Shown: piece after piece, positions 39,448 to 50,369 of the stretch
How the letters are laid out: each line of letters begins with the position of its first letter
Position numbering within the stretch: the first letter of the stretch is position 1
Source of the DNA: an uncultured Chloroflexia bacterium
GTDB lineage: Bacteria; Chloroflexota; Limnocylindria; Limnocylindrales; CSP1-4
Assembly: GCA_963802165.1 (NCBI GenBank)
Contig: CAWDHT010000017.1
Coordinates: 245,077 to 309,076, forward strand
Direction: 5' to 3'
Length of the DNA stretch: 64,000 nucleotides
Position numbers and translations under genes: made by a program
The notes under the pieces: generated by a model
Databases searched by the model: none
Seen by the model: only the letters and a program-made list of their open reading frames with translations
Told to the model about the DNA's origin: nothing

Positions 39448-42400
39448 ATGCGAGCACTGCCCCTCTCGCGCACCGCCCGCGAGCGTTTCCGGCTGGATGA
39501 CGTCGCGACGGCCGCGCCCACCCCCGTCACGACGCGAAGGCCAGCCCGGCTTGCCACCAACCTCCCGGTCGCCCGGAAGGTGGTCGCCCAGGTCAACGCC
39601 ACGCGGAGGGCCGGCGAGCCGAGCGCGCAGGCCGGCGAGCTGGCCGCCCTCGAGCTGCTGCACGAGGTCTTCCACCTGCTCATCGAGCGAGCGGCCGAGA
39701 TCCAGCCGCCGACGGCGATGACGATCACGGCGGACGCGGTCCGCGATGCCATGGGCGAGCCCCGCCTCGACGGGCTGCTCAGCGCCGTGGGTGACGAATT
39801 TCCGGACCTGGAGCACGACCCCGAGCCCGTCCGCCTGGAGGAGCTGCTGCTCGTCCGACTCGCCAACGAGAACCCTGCCGCCCGGCCACTGCGGGTCCTG
39901 GTGGACGACTCGCCCCTGCCCGAGACGGAGCGGACGGCAGCGATCGCCTCCCTGGAGGCCTACCAGGCGGCGCAGGCGCCCATCGGGCCTGACGGCGAGA
40001 CCCTGGTGGAGCTGCTACGGGCCCCGGCACGTGCGCACCCCACGTCGCTCGCCGGCCAGCTGCGCTACGTGAAGGAGCGCTGGGGCGAGCTGCTGGGTGA
40101 CGCCCTCGACGCGCTCCTGGACCGGATGCTGCTGACGCTCGACGTCATCGCCGAGGAGGAGCGCGGGCTGCACCGGCGGTTCGGCGGCGGTGGCGGGGGC
40201 CCCGACGGCGGGGGCTTCGGCGCGGGTGGCGGGGGCGAGGCGCCGGACCTGACCGGGCTCGACGCCGAGCCGGAGCGGTTCTCCAGCGACTCGGCCTGGA
40301 TGCCGCGCCTGGTCCTCATCGCCAAGAGCACCCACGTGTGGCTGGACCAGCTGTCGCGCCGGTACGAGCGGGACATCCGGACCCTTGACGCGATCCCCGA
40401 CGAAGAGCTGGACCGGCTCGCCCGGCTGGGAATCACCGGGCTCTGGCTCATCGGCCTCTGGGAGCGCTCGAGCGCGAGCCAGCGGATCAAGGTCTGGCGC
40501 GGCAACCCGGACGCGGCGGCGTCGGCCTACTCCCTCGACGACTACGCGATCGCGTGGGACCTGGGCGGCGAAGGAGCGTGGGCAGACCTGCGCCACCGGG
40601 CCTGGCAGCGCGGGGTCAGGCTCGCGTCCGACATGGTGCCCAATCACATGGGCGTCGATTCGCGCTGGGTGATCGAGCACCCCGAGTGGTTCATCTCCCT
40701 GCCCGAGCCCCCCTACCCCGCTTACCAGTTCAGCGGCGAGAACCTGGGCGAGCACGACGGTGTCGAGATCCGCCTCGAGGACCACTACTGGGACAGCACG
40801 GACGCCGCCGTCGTCTTCGAGCGCCGCGACCGCGGGTCTGGCGAGCGCCGCTACATCTACCACGGCAACGACGGCACCTCGTTCCCCTGGAACGACACCG
40901 CGCAGCTGGACTTCAGCCAGGCGGCCGTCCGGGAGCAGGTGATCCAGACGATCCTCGCGGTTGCCCGGCGCTTCCCCGTCATCCGCTTCGATGCCGCCAT
41001 GGTCCTGGCCCGGCGCCACGTCCGCCGGCTCTGGTTCCCGGCTCCCGGCGAGGGCGGCGAGGCCATCCCGTCGCGCGCCGAGCACGGCTCGATGACCGCG
41101 GCCGAGTTCGACGCCGCCATGCCCCAGGAGTTCTGGCGCGAGGTGGTGGACCGGGTCGCGACGGAGGTGCCGGACACCCTCCTCCTGGCCGAGGCGTTCT
41201 GGATGCTCGAGGGCTACTTCGTCCGGACGCTCGGGATGCACCGCGTCTACAACAGCGCGTTCATGCACATGCTGCGCGACGAGGACAACGACAAGTACCG
41301 GCGGGTCCTGCGGGACACGCTGGAGTTCGATCCGGAGATCCTCAAGCGCTACGTCAACTTCATGAACAACCCGGACGAGAAGACCGCGGTCGAGCAGTTC
41401 GGGAAGGGCGACAAGTACTTCGGCGTGGCGACGCTCCTGGCCACCCTGCCGGGGTTGCCGATGTTCGGCCACGGGCAGTTCGAGGGCTTCGCCGAGAAGT
41501 ACGGCATGGAGTTCCGGCGCGCCACGCTGGACGAGCGTCCGGACGAGTGGCTGGTTGCGCGCCACGAGCGGGAGATCGTGCCGCTGCTCCATCGGCGCGG
41601 GGACTTCGCCGAGGCGCACCAGTTCACGCTGTACGACCTGGCGACGGACGGCGGCGGGATCGACGAGAACGTCTACGCGTACTCGAACGGAAGCGGCGGC
41701 TCGCGGTCGCTCGTCCTCTACCACAACCGGTACGGCGACACGTCGGGCCGCGTCCTGCACTCCGTTCCGTTCGCCGTCAAGGAAGAGGACGGCACCAGGC
41801 GGCTCGAGACACGGACGCTGGCCGAGGGGCTGGGTCTTGCCGATGGGCCAGCCGACAACCGCTGGATCACGCTCCGGGAGCAGCGCAGCTCGCTGGAGTA
41901 CCTGCGATCCGTCGCCGAGATCCGGGAACAGGGCCTGCGCGTGCACTTGCACGCCTACGAGACCCGCGTCTACCTGGACCTGCGGGAGATCCATGACGGG
42001 GCCGGGGTCTGGCGCCGCCTGGCGGAACGCCTCGGGGGTCGGGGCGTGCCGTCGCTGGAGGAGGAGCTGCGCTACCAGCAGCTGGGACCGGTGCACGACG
42101 CCGTGCGGGCGGCCATCGTCGACTGGTCGCGGGACGGGGAACCCGGCGTGGAGGCGGCGGCTCGCGTCGTGAACGCCGTGGCCGATGCGACCGGGACGGT
42201 TGGTGACCGGGACGCCGTCGTGGATCGAATCCTGTCCTACTACACGGCAGCGCTCGAGGTTGCGGACGAGGTCGTCGACCCGTCCGAGACGGCCGCGCTG
42301 CTCGTCTGGTCCCTGCTCGCGCCGCTCGGCACACTGCCGGATGGGGCAATGGTGGGGCCGACGAGCCGGGCCTGGTACGAGGAGCTGCGACTGTCGCCGG

Positions 42401-42968
42401 TCGTGGCCGACGCGCTCCGCAGCCGGGGCCTGGACGAGGGCGCGGCCTGGTGGGCGGCGGAACGGGTCCACACCCTGCTGGACCTGCCGCTGCCGTCGAC
42501 GCTGGGCGGACCGGCCGGGACGCTGCCGCTGCGCCTCGTGGACTCGTGGCTCTCGCACCCGGCGGTCCGGCCGTTCATCCGGGTCAACGCCTGGGACGGC
42601 GCCGAGTGGTTCCACCGCGAGTCGTGGGACGAGCTGCTGGCGTGGGTGGAGCGTCTCGAGTGGATCCTGTCGCCCGAGGGCGCCCGGCCGCCGCGACCCG
42701 TCGAGCGCTCGGCGCTGGAGACGGCGCTCACCGACGCGGCCGATGCCTCGGGCTACCGCGTGGACTGGCTGCGTGAGGCCCTGGGGGCAAGGCCGGCGAC
42801 GGTGACGCCGCCCGAGGCTCCGGCCAGCCCGGGCCGCCGGCACCCGACCTGGAGTCCGTGCTGCTCGTCGAACCGGCGCCTGCGACCACCGGGAAGGTCA
42901 AGAAGGCCGCGAAGCCCAAGAAGTCATCCGGGCCGGGCAAGGGCAAGAAGCCCAGGAAGTCCCGGTAG
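39448..42968 (+). CDS. Large GH13 (alpha-amylase superfamily) multidomain enzyme; C-terminus probably frameshifted into a K/P-rich tail
   Basis: GH13 conserved regions present: DMVPNHMG (region I), IRFDAAMV (II), LLAEAFW (III) and YVNFMNNPDE (IV). The main frame runs into nonsense after about 42830, while an alternative frame encodes ...DLESVLLVEPAPATTGKVKKAAKPKKSSGPGKGKKPRKSR* ending at 42968. Confidence 0.7.
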
Positions 42969-43186
42969 ATCCCATAGGGTCTGTCAGGTCTCGACTCCCC
43001 AGCGCGGCACGCCGACTCACCATCGGGTCGGTTTGGCGGTGCTGTCGAGGAGGTGCGGCACGCTTCCTGCAGGATCGCGGCCGATCACCTCGACAGGGAG
43101 CCCGGAATGACCCGGAGGTGTGTCAGGACCGGCCGGTGACCCGGTGGCGAGCGCGGGCACCGTCCGCCGGTCGCCAGTTCCTGTTC

Positions 43187-44959
43187 TCAGTCCTCGTCCA
43201 GCAGGATCCTGCGCAGGATCGGGATCGGCGGGGCGCCATGGGCGATGACCGCCTCGAGATGGGCTCGCTCATCGAACCCGGGCGTCGACGGGTAGCCGCC
43301 CACGACCCTCGGAACGGGTACGGCCGACTCCCCTGCCCCGGCCGCGACCGCGGCCCGCCGTCGCGCGGCATCCTCGATCTCCCACATCCCGGCCGAGCCC
43401 AGGAAGTAGGTCACCAGCTGGGTGGAGGTCAGCCGCGCCCGCTCGTCCTTGGCCAGGGCCTCGGCACGCTCCTGGAACGCGCCATCCACCATCAGCGAGA
43501 TGGCCTCCTCGGACGACATGCCCACCGTGTGGATCCGGACGTCCAGGATCGTGTTGACCACCGCCCGCAGGTAGAACTTCCAGTGGACAAGCCACAGGGC
43601 GAGGTCATCGCCGCCGTACCCGCGATCCAGCATGACCTGGGTGACGTAGACCGCCCAGCCCTCGGCGAACAGACCCGACCGGAACACCCGCCGCGCCAGG
43701 GACGAGCCCCGGTTGGCGTAGACCATCTGCAGGTAGTGCCCGGGAACCGCCTCGTGGATGGTGAGCAACTGCAGCTGGCGCGAGTTCTCCTCCCGCAGGT
43801 AGGACTCGACTTCCTCGGACGTCCACTCGTCCCGGACGGGGGTGATCGAGAAGAACGACGTCTGGCCGAGGTCGAGCGGACCCGGCGAGTCCAGCATCGC
43901 TCCGCCGAACGAGCGCATGAACTCCGGGGTCCAGTCGATCTGGAGCGGCTCCTCGACCAGCCCGATCACCTCGTGGTCCCGGCAGAACGCCTCCACCCGC
44001 ACCAGCTCCTCGCGGCAGAACGCCACGAGATCACCCGCCGCGGGATGGTCTGCCGAGATCGCGTCGAGCGTGCCCCGGACCAGCGCGCCGTCGTCGTCCG
44101 GAGCGGTCTCGCCGGGCCGCCAGGCCGGCCAGATCTCGCGAGCGATGCGGACCATCTCGGCCCGGACGGCGGCGTACTCTGCCTCGGCCCTGTCCAGCAG
44201 GGCCGCGGCCGACGCGTCGGGATCCTGGAGCGTGTGGCGTAGCTTGGCCGAGAACAGCGGCTCACCCAGCTCGGCCGGCCCGCTGACGTTCGGGACGACC
44301 TCCAGGACGAGGTGACGTGCCATCGCCTCGAGCGCCGTGACGGCGTCGTCGGCGGCCACGCGGAGGCGGGGCAGAAGCGCGGCCACGCCGGGGTCCATCT
44401 CCGCGGCGGCCGCTGCTCGGCTGACCGCGTCTCTCGCGAGCTCCGCCACGCCGCCGATGCGCTTCGCCGCGACTTCTGCGTGGAGCTTCGCGACCGGCCG
44501 CGTCGGGTGCGTCCCGATGACCGCTCGCGCCTGGTCCAGCAGCCGCGGAACCCCCTCGAGGCGCCCGGCCACGGACGCGAGCCGCACGGCGAGCGGTGCG
44601 AAGTCGCGGGCAAGCAGCGGGTGCAGCCCGCCGCCGATCAGGTAGACCCAGAGCAGCGGGCTCCACGTCTCCTCGCGCAGCACCGTCTCGGCGAAGCGGA
44701 ACGACGCCAGCTCGCCCCTGACCAGGTCCAGGTCGATCCGCTCGTCGGCGGTCAACGACGCCGTATCGAGCCCCGCCAGCGTCGCCTCCCATCGATCGAT
44801 GAACGCGACGCGCTGCCCATGGCCAGCCTCGCTCATGTCCGGCCAGCGGTCGTCGTGGCGGTGGTCGCCGACGGCGGTGGCGACGTCCGGCTGGAGGAGG
44901 AACAGCTCCTCGAGGAAGACAGCGACGAGGTCGTCGAAGGCGGACAAGGGAACCTCCAT
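43187..44959 (-). CDS. DUF885-family protein
   Basis: Conserved ...LTIHEAVPGHYLQMVYANR... core and overall length of about 590 aa. Confidence 0.75.
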   Translation of the reverse strand: MEVPLSAFDDLVAVFLEELFLLQPDVATAVGDHRHDDRWPDMSEAGHGQRVAFIDRWEATLAGLDTASLTADERIDLDLVRGELASFRFAETVLREETWSPLLWVYLIGGGLHPLLARDFAPLAVRLASVAGRLEGVPRLLDQARAVIGTHPTRPVAKLHAEVAAKRIGGVAELARDAVSRAAAAAEMDPGVAALLPRLRVAADDAVTALEAMARHLVLEVVPNVSGPAELGEPLFSAKLRHTLQDPDASAAALLDRAEAEYAAVRAEMVRIAREIWPAWRPGETAPDDDGALVRGTLDAISADHPAAGDLVAFCREELVRVEAFCRDHEVIGLVEEPLQIDWTPEFMRSFGGAMLDSPGPLDLGQTSFFSITPVRDEWTSEEVESYLREENSRQLQLLTIHEAVPGHYLQMVYANRGSSLARRVFRSGLFAEGWAVYVTQVMLDRGYGGDDLALWLVHWKFYLRAVVNTILDVRIHTVGMSSEEAISLMVDGAFQERAEALAKDERARLTSTQLVTYFLGSAGMWEIEDAARRRAAVAAGAGESAVPVPRVVGGYPSTPGFDERAHLEAVIAHGAPPIPILRRILLDED

Positions 44960-45043
44960 TCAGGGTGCGGCGAGTCTAGCCCCGGCCCGGCAGGCGGTCG
45001 AACGGTCCACGACGCGCGCGATGGCGCGTACGATCGCTCCACC

Positions 45044-46690
45044 ATGGCCGACGAGCTGACGATCACCAACGGGCGGATCCTTGGCGCCGACGGAGCGGAT
45101 ACCGTGCGAGTGCGGGACGGGTGGATCGCCGCGCTGGGCCGCGCAGCTGACGTCGGCCGGGGCGGTGAGGTCGTGGACGCGCGGGGCGGCCTCGTGCTGC
45201 CGGGCTTCGACGATGCCCACATCCACGTCCAGAGCGGCGCGCGGTCGATGACCAGGGCCCAGCTCTACCCGCTGCAGACGGTCGAGGCGGTCCTGGGCGC
45301 CGTGCGGGCGCATGCCCAGGCAACCCCGGGCACCCCCTGGGTCCTTGGGCGTGGCTGGCTGTACGCCCCGTTCCCCGGCGGCATGCCCACGGCAGCGCTG
45401 CTCGACGGGGCCGTCGCCGACCGGCCCGCCTGGATGGACTGCTACGACGGCCATACCGGCTGGGCGAACACCGCAGCCATGCGCGCAGCCGGCATCGACC
45501 GCACGACGCCCGACCCCGCCAATGGCCTGATCGTCCGGGACGCGGACGGCGAGCCGACCGGCGCCTTCAAGGAGGGCGCCCAGGACCTCGTGGAGCGCCA
45601 CATCCCCGTCCCATCGGAGGACGAGGACCGTGCGTCCGTCCGCAGCGCCCAGGCCGCCATGCACGCCAGGGGCCTCACGGCCGCGCAGGACGCGTGGCTG
45701 ACGCCCGATGAGCTCGCGTTCTGGGGCCGGGTCGACGCCGCCCGCGAGCTCCGTCTCCGGTTCCGGGGCGCGCTGATCATGGAGCCCGGGCAGACCCTGG
45801 CCGAGTGGCGGGACCGGCTCGACGAGTACGAGCGGGTGGCCTTCGGGCTCCGCGGCGGCGGCCGGCTCGACGCCGGGATCCTCAAGGGCTTCGTGGACGG
45901 CGTGATCGAGGCGCGGACGGCGTCGATGCTGGAGCCGTACGAAGACGACACGAGCCGCGGACTGCCTGCCTGGGAGCCGGACAAGCTCGATGCGTTCGTC
46001 GCCGAGGCGGATCGGCGTGGCTGGCAGGTGGAGATGCACGCCATCGGCGACCGCGGCGTGCGCCTCGCCCTTGATGCCTTCGAGCACGCGGCGCGCACCA
46101 ACGGGCCCTGGGCCGGCGACCCGCTTGGAGAGGGGGCGGCTCCCGGAACCCACGGGCGGCGCCACCGCGTCGAGCACATCGAGACCATCCACCCCGACGA
46201 CATCGGCCGGTTCGCCTCCCTGGGCGTGGTCGCCTCGATGCAGCCATACCACGGCGACCCGTCGCCGAACCAGATCGGTATGTGGGCCGGGAACATCGGC
46301 CCGGAACGGGCGGGCCGGGCATGGGCCTGGACGTCCATCGCCCGGGCTGGCGGGCGCCTGGCCTTCGGATCGGACTGGCCGGTGGTCCCGTTCGACCCGC
46401 TCATCGCGCTCAACAGCGCTGTGAACCGCCAGACCGTGGGCGGGGAGCCCGCGGGCGGCTGGCTCCCGGCGGAGCGGCTCCCACTCGAAGACGCACTAGC
46501 GGCCTACACGGCGGGCTCCGCCTACGCCGCCTTCGCGGAGCACCGGCGGGGCCGCGTGCGGCCGGGGCTGGACGCGGACCTCGTGGTCCTCGACCGCGAC
46601 CTGCTGGCCGCGGGCCCATCTGCGATCATCGGCACCGACGTGCGGCTCACCGTCCTCGGCGGCCACATCGTCCATCGTTCGGAGGGCTGA
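45044..46690 (+). CDS. Metal-dependent amidohydrolase (amidohydrolase 3/YtcJ-like)
   Basis: ...LVLPGFDDAHIHVQSG... (HxH metal site) ...RVEHIETIH...AFGSDWPV... Confidence 0.8.
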   Translation: MADELTITNGRILGADGADTVRVRDGWIAALGRAADVGRGGEVVDARGGLVLPGFDDAHIHVQSGARSMTRAQLYPLQTVEAVLGAVRAHAQATPGTPWVLGRGWLYAPFPGGMPTAALLDGAVADRPAWMDCYDGHTGWANTAAMRAAGIDRTTPDPANGLIVRDADGEPTGAFKEGAQDLVERHIPVPSEDEDRASVRSAQAAMHARGLTAAQDAWLTPDELAFWGRVDAARELRLRFRGALIMEPGQTLAEWRDRLDEYERVAFGLRGGGRLDAGILKGFVDGVIEARTASMLEPYEDDTSRGLPAWEPDKLDAFVAEADRRGWQVEMHAIGDRGVRLALDAFEHAARTNGPWAGDPLGEGAAPGTHGRRHRVEHIETIHPDDIGRFASLGVVASMQPYHGDPSPNQIGMWAGNIGPERAGRAWAWTSIARAGGRLAFGSDWPVVPFDPLIALNSAVNRQTVGGEPAGGWLPAERLPLEDALAAYTAGSAYAAFAEHRRGRVRPGLDADLVVLDRDLLAAGPSAIIGTDVRLTVLGGHIVHRSEG

Positions 46691-46691
46691 C

Positions 46692-47087
46692 ATGAAGGGC
46701 TTCATCCTCGCGGTCGCGGCCGGCGCAATCGCGTTCGTCCTGATGCTGCAGATCCTCCCGGAATCGATGATCGCCTTCTCGGGCGGCACGCAGCAGCTGA
46801 TCCTGCTGGCCGTCATCGTGGGTGTCGTGAACGCCGTCGTGAAGCCGCTCGTGAACGTCCTGTCGATCCCGATCTCCTTCCTCACCCTGGGGCTGGCGGG
46901 CTTCGTCATCAACGCCGCGCTCCTGCTGGGCGTCGCCTACCTGGCCCAGAACTTCGCGAAGCTGGACCTCACCATCGGCGGCTGGCCGACGTCCGGGATG
47001 ACGGCGGACACCATCCTCGGCGCCGTAGTGGCTTCGATGGTGCTCTCGGTGATCACGACGGTGGTCGGGCTCGTCGTCCGCGACTGA
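46692..47087 (+). CDS. Phage-holin-4_2-like small membrane protein
   Basis: 131-aa four-TM protein with the VVKPLVNVLSIPISFLTLGLAGFVINAALL pattern typical of the actinobacterial holin-like family. Confidence 0.6.
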   Translation: MKGFILAVAAGAIAFVLMLQILPESMIAFSGGTQQLILLAVIVGVVNAVVKPLVNVLSIPISFLTLGLAGFVINAALLLGVAYLAQNFAKLDLTIGGWPTSGMTADTILGAVVASMVLSVITTVVGLVVRD

Positions 47088-47091
47088 CCTG

Positions 47092-48393
47092 GTGCCCGGC
47101 GCGACGACTCCTGCCGAGGCGCTGGTCCGCGCCGCCCGACGGTTCGGCACGCCCGTCCACGTGACGTCCGCCGGCGCCCTCAAGACCGCCGCCCACGAGC
47201 TCGAGACGGCCTTTCCGGACCCCTGGCTGCGCGCGTTCTCGCTCAAGGCCAACGACGTGCCGGCGGTGGTCGCGCGGCTCGCCGCGGCAGGGCTGGACGC
47301 GAACGTCGTGTCCTCGGGCGAGTGGGCCGCCGCCCGCGCGGCGGGGCTCCCGAACGCACGGATCACCCTCGAGGGCGTGGGCAAGTCCACCGCGGACCTG
47401 CGGGCGACGGTACGCGCCTGCGCGACGGGCGAGCCGCTGCGCTGGCTGGCCGTGGAGAGCCCCGAGGAGCTGGGCGGACTGGTCGGGCTGGCGTCACGGG
47501 CGGGCCTGGGACCTCGCGGGCGCGCCGGCCGTCCGGCGCTCGACGTGCTGCTGCGGCTCAATCCGGACGTCCAGCCCGAGACCCGCGCCGGCCTGGCGGT
47601 GGGCCGCGGGTCATCCAAGTTCGGCATGACCGAGACGGAGCTGACGGCCGCGGTCGCCTCGCTCGATCCGGGCGGCCCCGTGTCCGCACGCGGCGTCCAT
47701 CTCCACGTGGGGTCCCAGCTGGGGGCCGTCGACGCCTGGCGCGACGCGGTCCGCCGGGGGCTCGCGGTGCTGGCGCTGCTGCGGGCGGGGCTGCCGGAGT
47801 TCGACACGCTGGACGTCGGCGGTGGGTTTCCCGTGGGCGACCCCGGCACCGTGCCGACGCCCGCCCGGTTCGCCGCGGAGCTGCCCGGCCTCCTCGCGGC
47901 GATCCCCGCGGACCGGCGGCCGCAGCGGCTGGCGGTGGAGCCCGGGCGGTTCCTCGTCGCCCGGGCGGGGTGGATCGTCACGACGGTCCTGCACGTCCGC
48001 GCACGCGGCGACTCCGGGCGGGTCGTGGTGCTGGACGCCGGGATGACGGAGCTCATCCGGCCGATGCTCTACGGGGCGGAGCACCCCGTCGTCGCGCTGA
48101 CGTCGCTCGGCGCTCCGGTCACCGACGACGAGCAACGGTCCTCCGTCCGGCTGGACGGCCCCGTCTGCGAGAGCACCGACACCATCGGCCAGTACGACCT
48201 GCCCCCACTGCGCCGCGGGGACCTGGTGGCGATCGGCGAGACCGGCGCGTACGCCGCGTCGATGGCCTCCACGTACAACGGGCGGCCCGCAGCACCCCAG
48301 GTCCTGCTCGAGGACGACGGGGCGCTTACCCTGGGTCGCCGCCGGGGGCGCGTGGGCCACGCAGGCCCCTCCGCTAGGATGCGAGCCTCATGA
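47092..48393 (+). CDS. lysA: Diaminopimelate decarboxylase
   Basis: Fold-III PLP enzyme: ...AFSLKANDVPAVV..., ...HLHVGSQ..., ...GGGFPV... and C-terminal ...DLVAIGETGAYAASMASTYNGRP. Confidence 0.85.
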   Translation: MPGATTPAEALVRAARRFGTPVHVTSAGALKTAAHELETAFPDPWLRAFSLKANDVPAVVARLAAAGLDANVVSSGEWAAARAAGLPNARITLEGVGKSTADLRATVRACATGEPLRWLAVESPEELGGLVGLASRAGLGPRGRAGRPALDVLLRLNPDVQPETRAGLAVGRGSSKFGMTETELTAAVASLDPGGPVSARGVHLHVGSQLGAVDAWRDAVRRGLAVLALLRAGLPEFDTLDVGGGFPVGDPGTVPTPARFAAELPGLLAAIPADRRPQRLAVEPGRFLVARAGWIVTTVLHVRARGDSGRVVVLDAGMTELIRPMLYGAEHPVVALTSLGAPVTDDEQRSSVRLDGPVCESTDTIGQYDLPPLRRGDLVAIGETGAYAASMASTYNGRPAAPQVLLEDDGALTLGRRRGRVGHAGPSARMRAS

Positions 48394-50360
48394 GCCAGCC
48401 GCGCGCCCGCTTCGCCGCCCGCCTCGCCGACCGCCCGCTCCTTGCCGACGGCGGCATGGGCACGCTCCTGTTCTCGCGCGGGATCCCGCAGCGCGCCTGC
48501 CTGGACGAGCTGGCCGCGACGCGACCGGACCTCGTCGGGACGATCCACCGCGAGTACCTCGACGCCGGCGCGGACCTCATCGAGACCCTCACGTTCGGAG
48601 CCAACCGGCTGCGCCTGGACGGCTTCGGCCTCGCCGCACAGGCTGGTCGCCTGAACCGCCGGGCCGCGCAGGTCGCCCGCGAGGCCCGCGACGTCAGCGG
48701 GCGCGATGCGTGGGTGGGCGGCAGCATCGGCCCGCTCGGCCCACCCACCCGCGAGCTGCGCCACCCGGACGACGCCACGATCCGCGCGGTCTACCGCGAG
48801 CAGGTGGACGGTCTCCTCGAGGGCGGCGTGGACCTCCTGGTCATCGAGTCCTTCTTCGACCTCCACCACCTGCTGCTGGCCGTGGAGGAGGCCCGGCGCG
48901 CGGCCGACGTGCCGCTGATCGCGTCGATGACCTTCGGCGAGGACCTGGTGCTCGCCGACGGCACCACTCCCGCGGAAGCCCTCGCGGCGCTGACGGACGC
49001 CGGCGTCGACGCCGTGGGCGTGAACTGCGGCGTCGGCCCCCTCGCCTGCCTGGACGCCCTCGCCCAGCTGGGTTCCGCCGGCAAGGGCGAGCCGGCCCGC
49101 TCCGTGATGCCCAACGCGGGCCTGCCGCAGCGCCTCGAGGGCCGCTTCGTCTACGCCGCGGAGCCCGCCTACTTCGGGTCCATCGTCCCGAGGCTGCTCG
49201 ATGCCGGGGCGTCCGTGATCGGCGGTTGCTGCGGCACCACGCCCGCCCACGTCGCGGCCATGGCGGGGGCCCTCGGTGCCATCACCACCGCGGACCGGCG
49301 CCGATCGCAGGCCCGCGCGACCGCCCTCGACCGCCCCAGCCCCGTCGCCGGGGCGAGTCCCCGCGCCGCCTTCGCGGAGCCAGGAGCCGTGGACGCACCC
49401 GGCGTCGAGGCGTCCGAGCGCCCGCCCGAGACTCGCCTGGCGCGCGCCCTCGCGGAGCGCCGCTTCGTGGTCTCCGTGGAGATCGACCCGCCGCGCAGCA
49501 TCCGCATCGACCGCACGCTCGAGGCGGCGCGGCTGCTGCGCGACGCCGGCACGGACGTGGTGAACATCAGCGACTCGGCGATGGCCAGGGTCCGCATGGG
49601 TGCCATGGCCGTCGCCTTCGGCATCCAGCACGACGTCAACGTCGAGTGCGTCGTCCACACCACGACCCGCGACCGGAACCTCATGGCCCTGGAGTCCGAG
49701 CTCCTGGGAGCGCACGCCCTGGGCGTCCGCAACATCCTGGCGCTCACCGGGGACCCGCCGCGCGTCGGCGACTACCCCACCGGCACGGGTGTCTGGGACG
49801 TGGACTCCATCGGCCTGATCGAGATCCTCACCCGGCTCAACCGCGGGGAGGACCAGGCGGGCTCACCCATCGGCCATCGCGCCGCGTTCACCATCGCCTG
49901 CGCCCTCGACCCCACCGCCCACGACGCCGCGACCGAGTGGGACCGCCTGGAGCGCAAGCTCGCCGCCGGCGCCCACCTGGTCATGACCCAGCCCCTGTAC
50001 GACGTCCCGCAAGTCGAGGCGATGCTCGCCGAGGCGCGACGGCGCTTCGGCCCGCGCGGGTTCCCGGTCCCGGTGCTGCTCGGGGTGCTGCCATTGGTGA
50101 GCTCGCGCCACGCGGAGTTCCTCCACAACGAGGTCCCGGGGATCACGATCCCGGACGCGGCACGCGCCCGCATGGCCGAGGCCGGGGCCGCGGGCACCGA
50201 GGCCGGCATCGAGATGGCTGATGCGCTCCTGGCCGCCGTGGAGCACGAGATGGCCGGCACGTATCTCATGCCCAGCTTCGGGCGCTACGAGCAGGCCGCC
50301 GAGCTGGTCCGCCGGATCCGCGAGCGGCACCCCGCCACCGCGGACGCCGCGCCCGCGTAG
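48390..50360 (+). CDS. Bifunctional homocysteine S-methyltransferase / 5,10-methylenetetrahydrofolate reductase (YitJ-like)
   Basis: N-terminal Hcy-binding domain (...LADGGMGTLL...GGCCGTTPAHV...) fused to a MetF domain (...ALTGDPP...AHLVMTQPLYD...). Confidence 0.85.
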   Translation: MSQPRARFAARLADRPLLADGGMGTLLFSRGIPQRACLDELAATRPDLVGTIHREYLDAGADLIETLTFGANRLRLDGFGLAAQAGRLNRRAAQVAREARDVSGRDAWVGGSIGPLGPPTRELRHPDDATIRAVYREQVDGLLEGGVDLLVIESFFDLHHLLLAVEEARRAADVPLIASMTFGEDLVLADGTTPAEALAALTDAGVDAVGVNCGVGPLACLDALAQLGSAGKGEPARSVMPNAGLPQRLEGRFVYAAEPAYFGSIVPRLLDAGASVIGGCCGTTPAHVAAMAGALGAITTADRRRSQARATALDRPSPVAGASPRAAFAEPGAVDAPGVEASERPPETRLARALAERRFVVSVEIDPPRSIRIDRTLEAARLLRDAGTDVVNISDSAMARVRMGAMAVAFGIQHDVNVECVVHTTTRDRNLMALESELLGAHALGVRNILALTGDPPRVGDYPTGTGVWDVDSIGLIEILTRLNRGEDQAGSPIGHRAAFTIACALDPTAHDAATEWDRLERKLAAGAHLVMTQPLYDVPQVEAMLAEARRRFGPRGFPVPVLLGVLPLVSSRHAEFLHNEVPGITIPDAARARMAEAGAAGTEAGIEMADALLAAVEHEMAGTYLMPSFGRYEQAAELVRRIRERHPATADAAPA

Positions 50361-50369
50361 CATTCCGCC

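Noticed and set aside
39406-43110. 1234-aa ORF taken at face value
   Set aside because: The first 14 codons lack support (the real start is probably the ATG near 39448). The last roughly 90 codons (PGRRHPTWSPCCSSNRRLRPPGRSRRPRSP...) are out-of-frame read-through. The probable true C-terminus is the K-rich tail in another frame ending at 42968.
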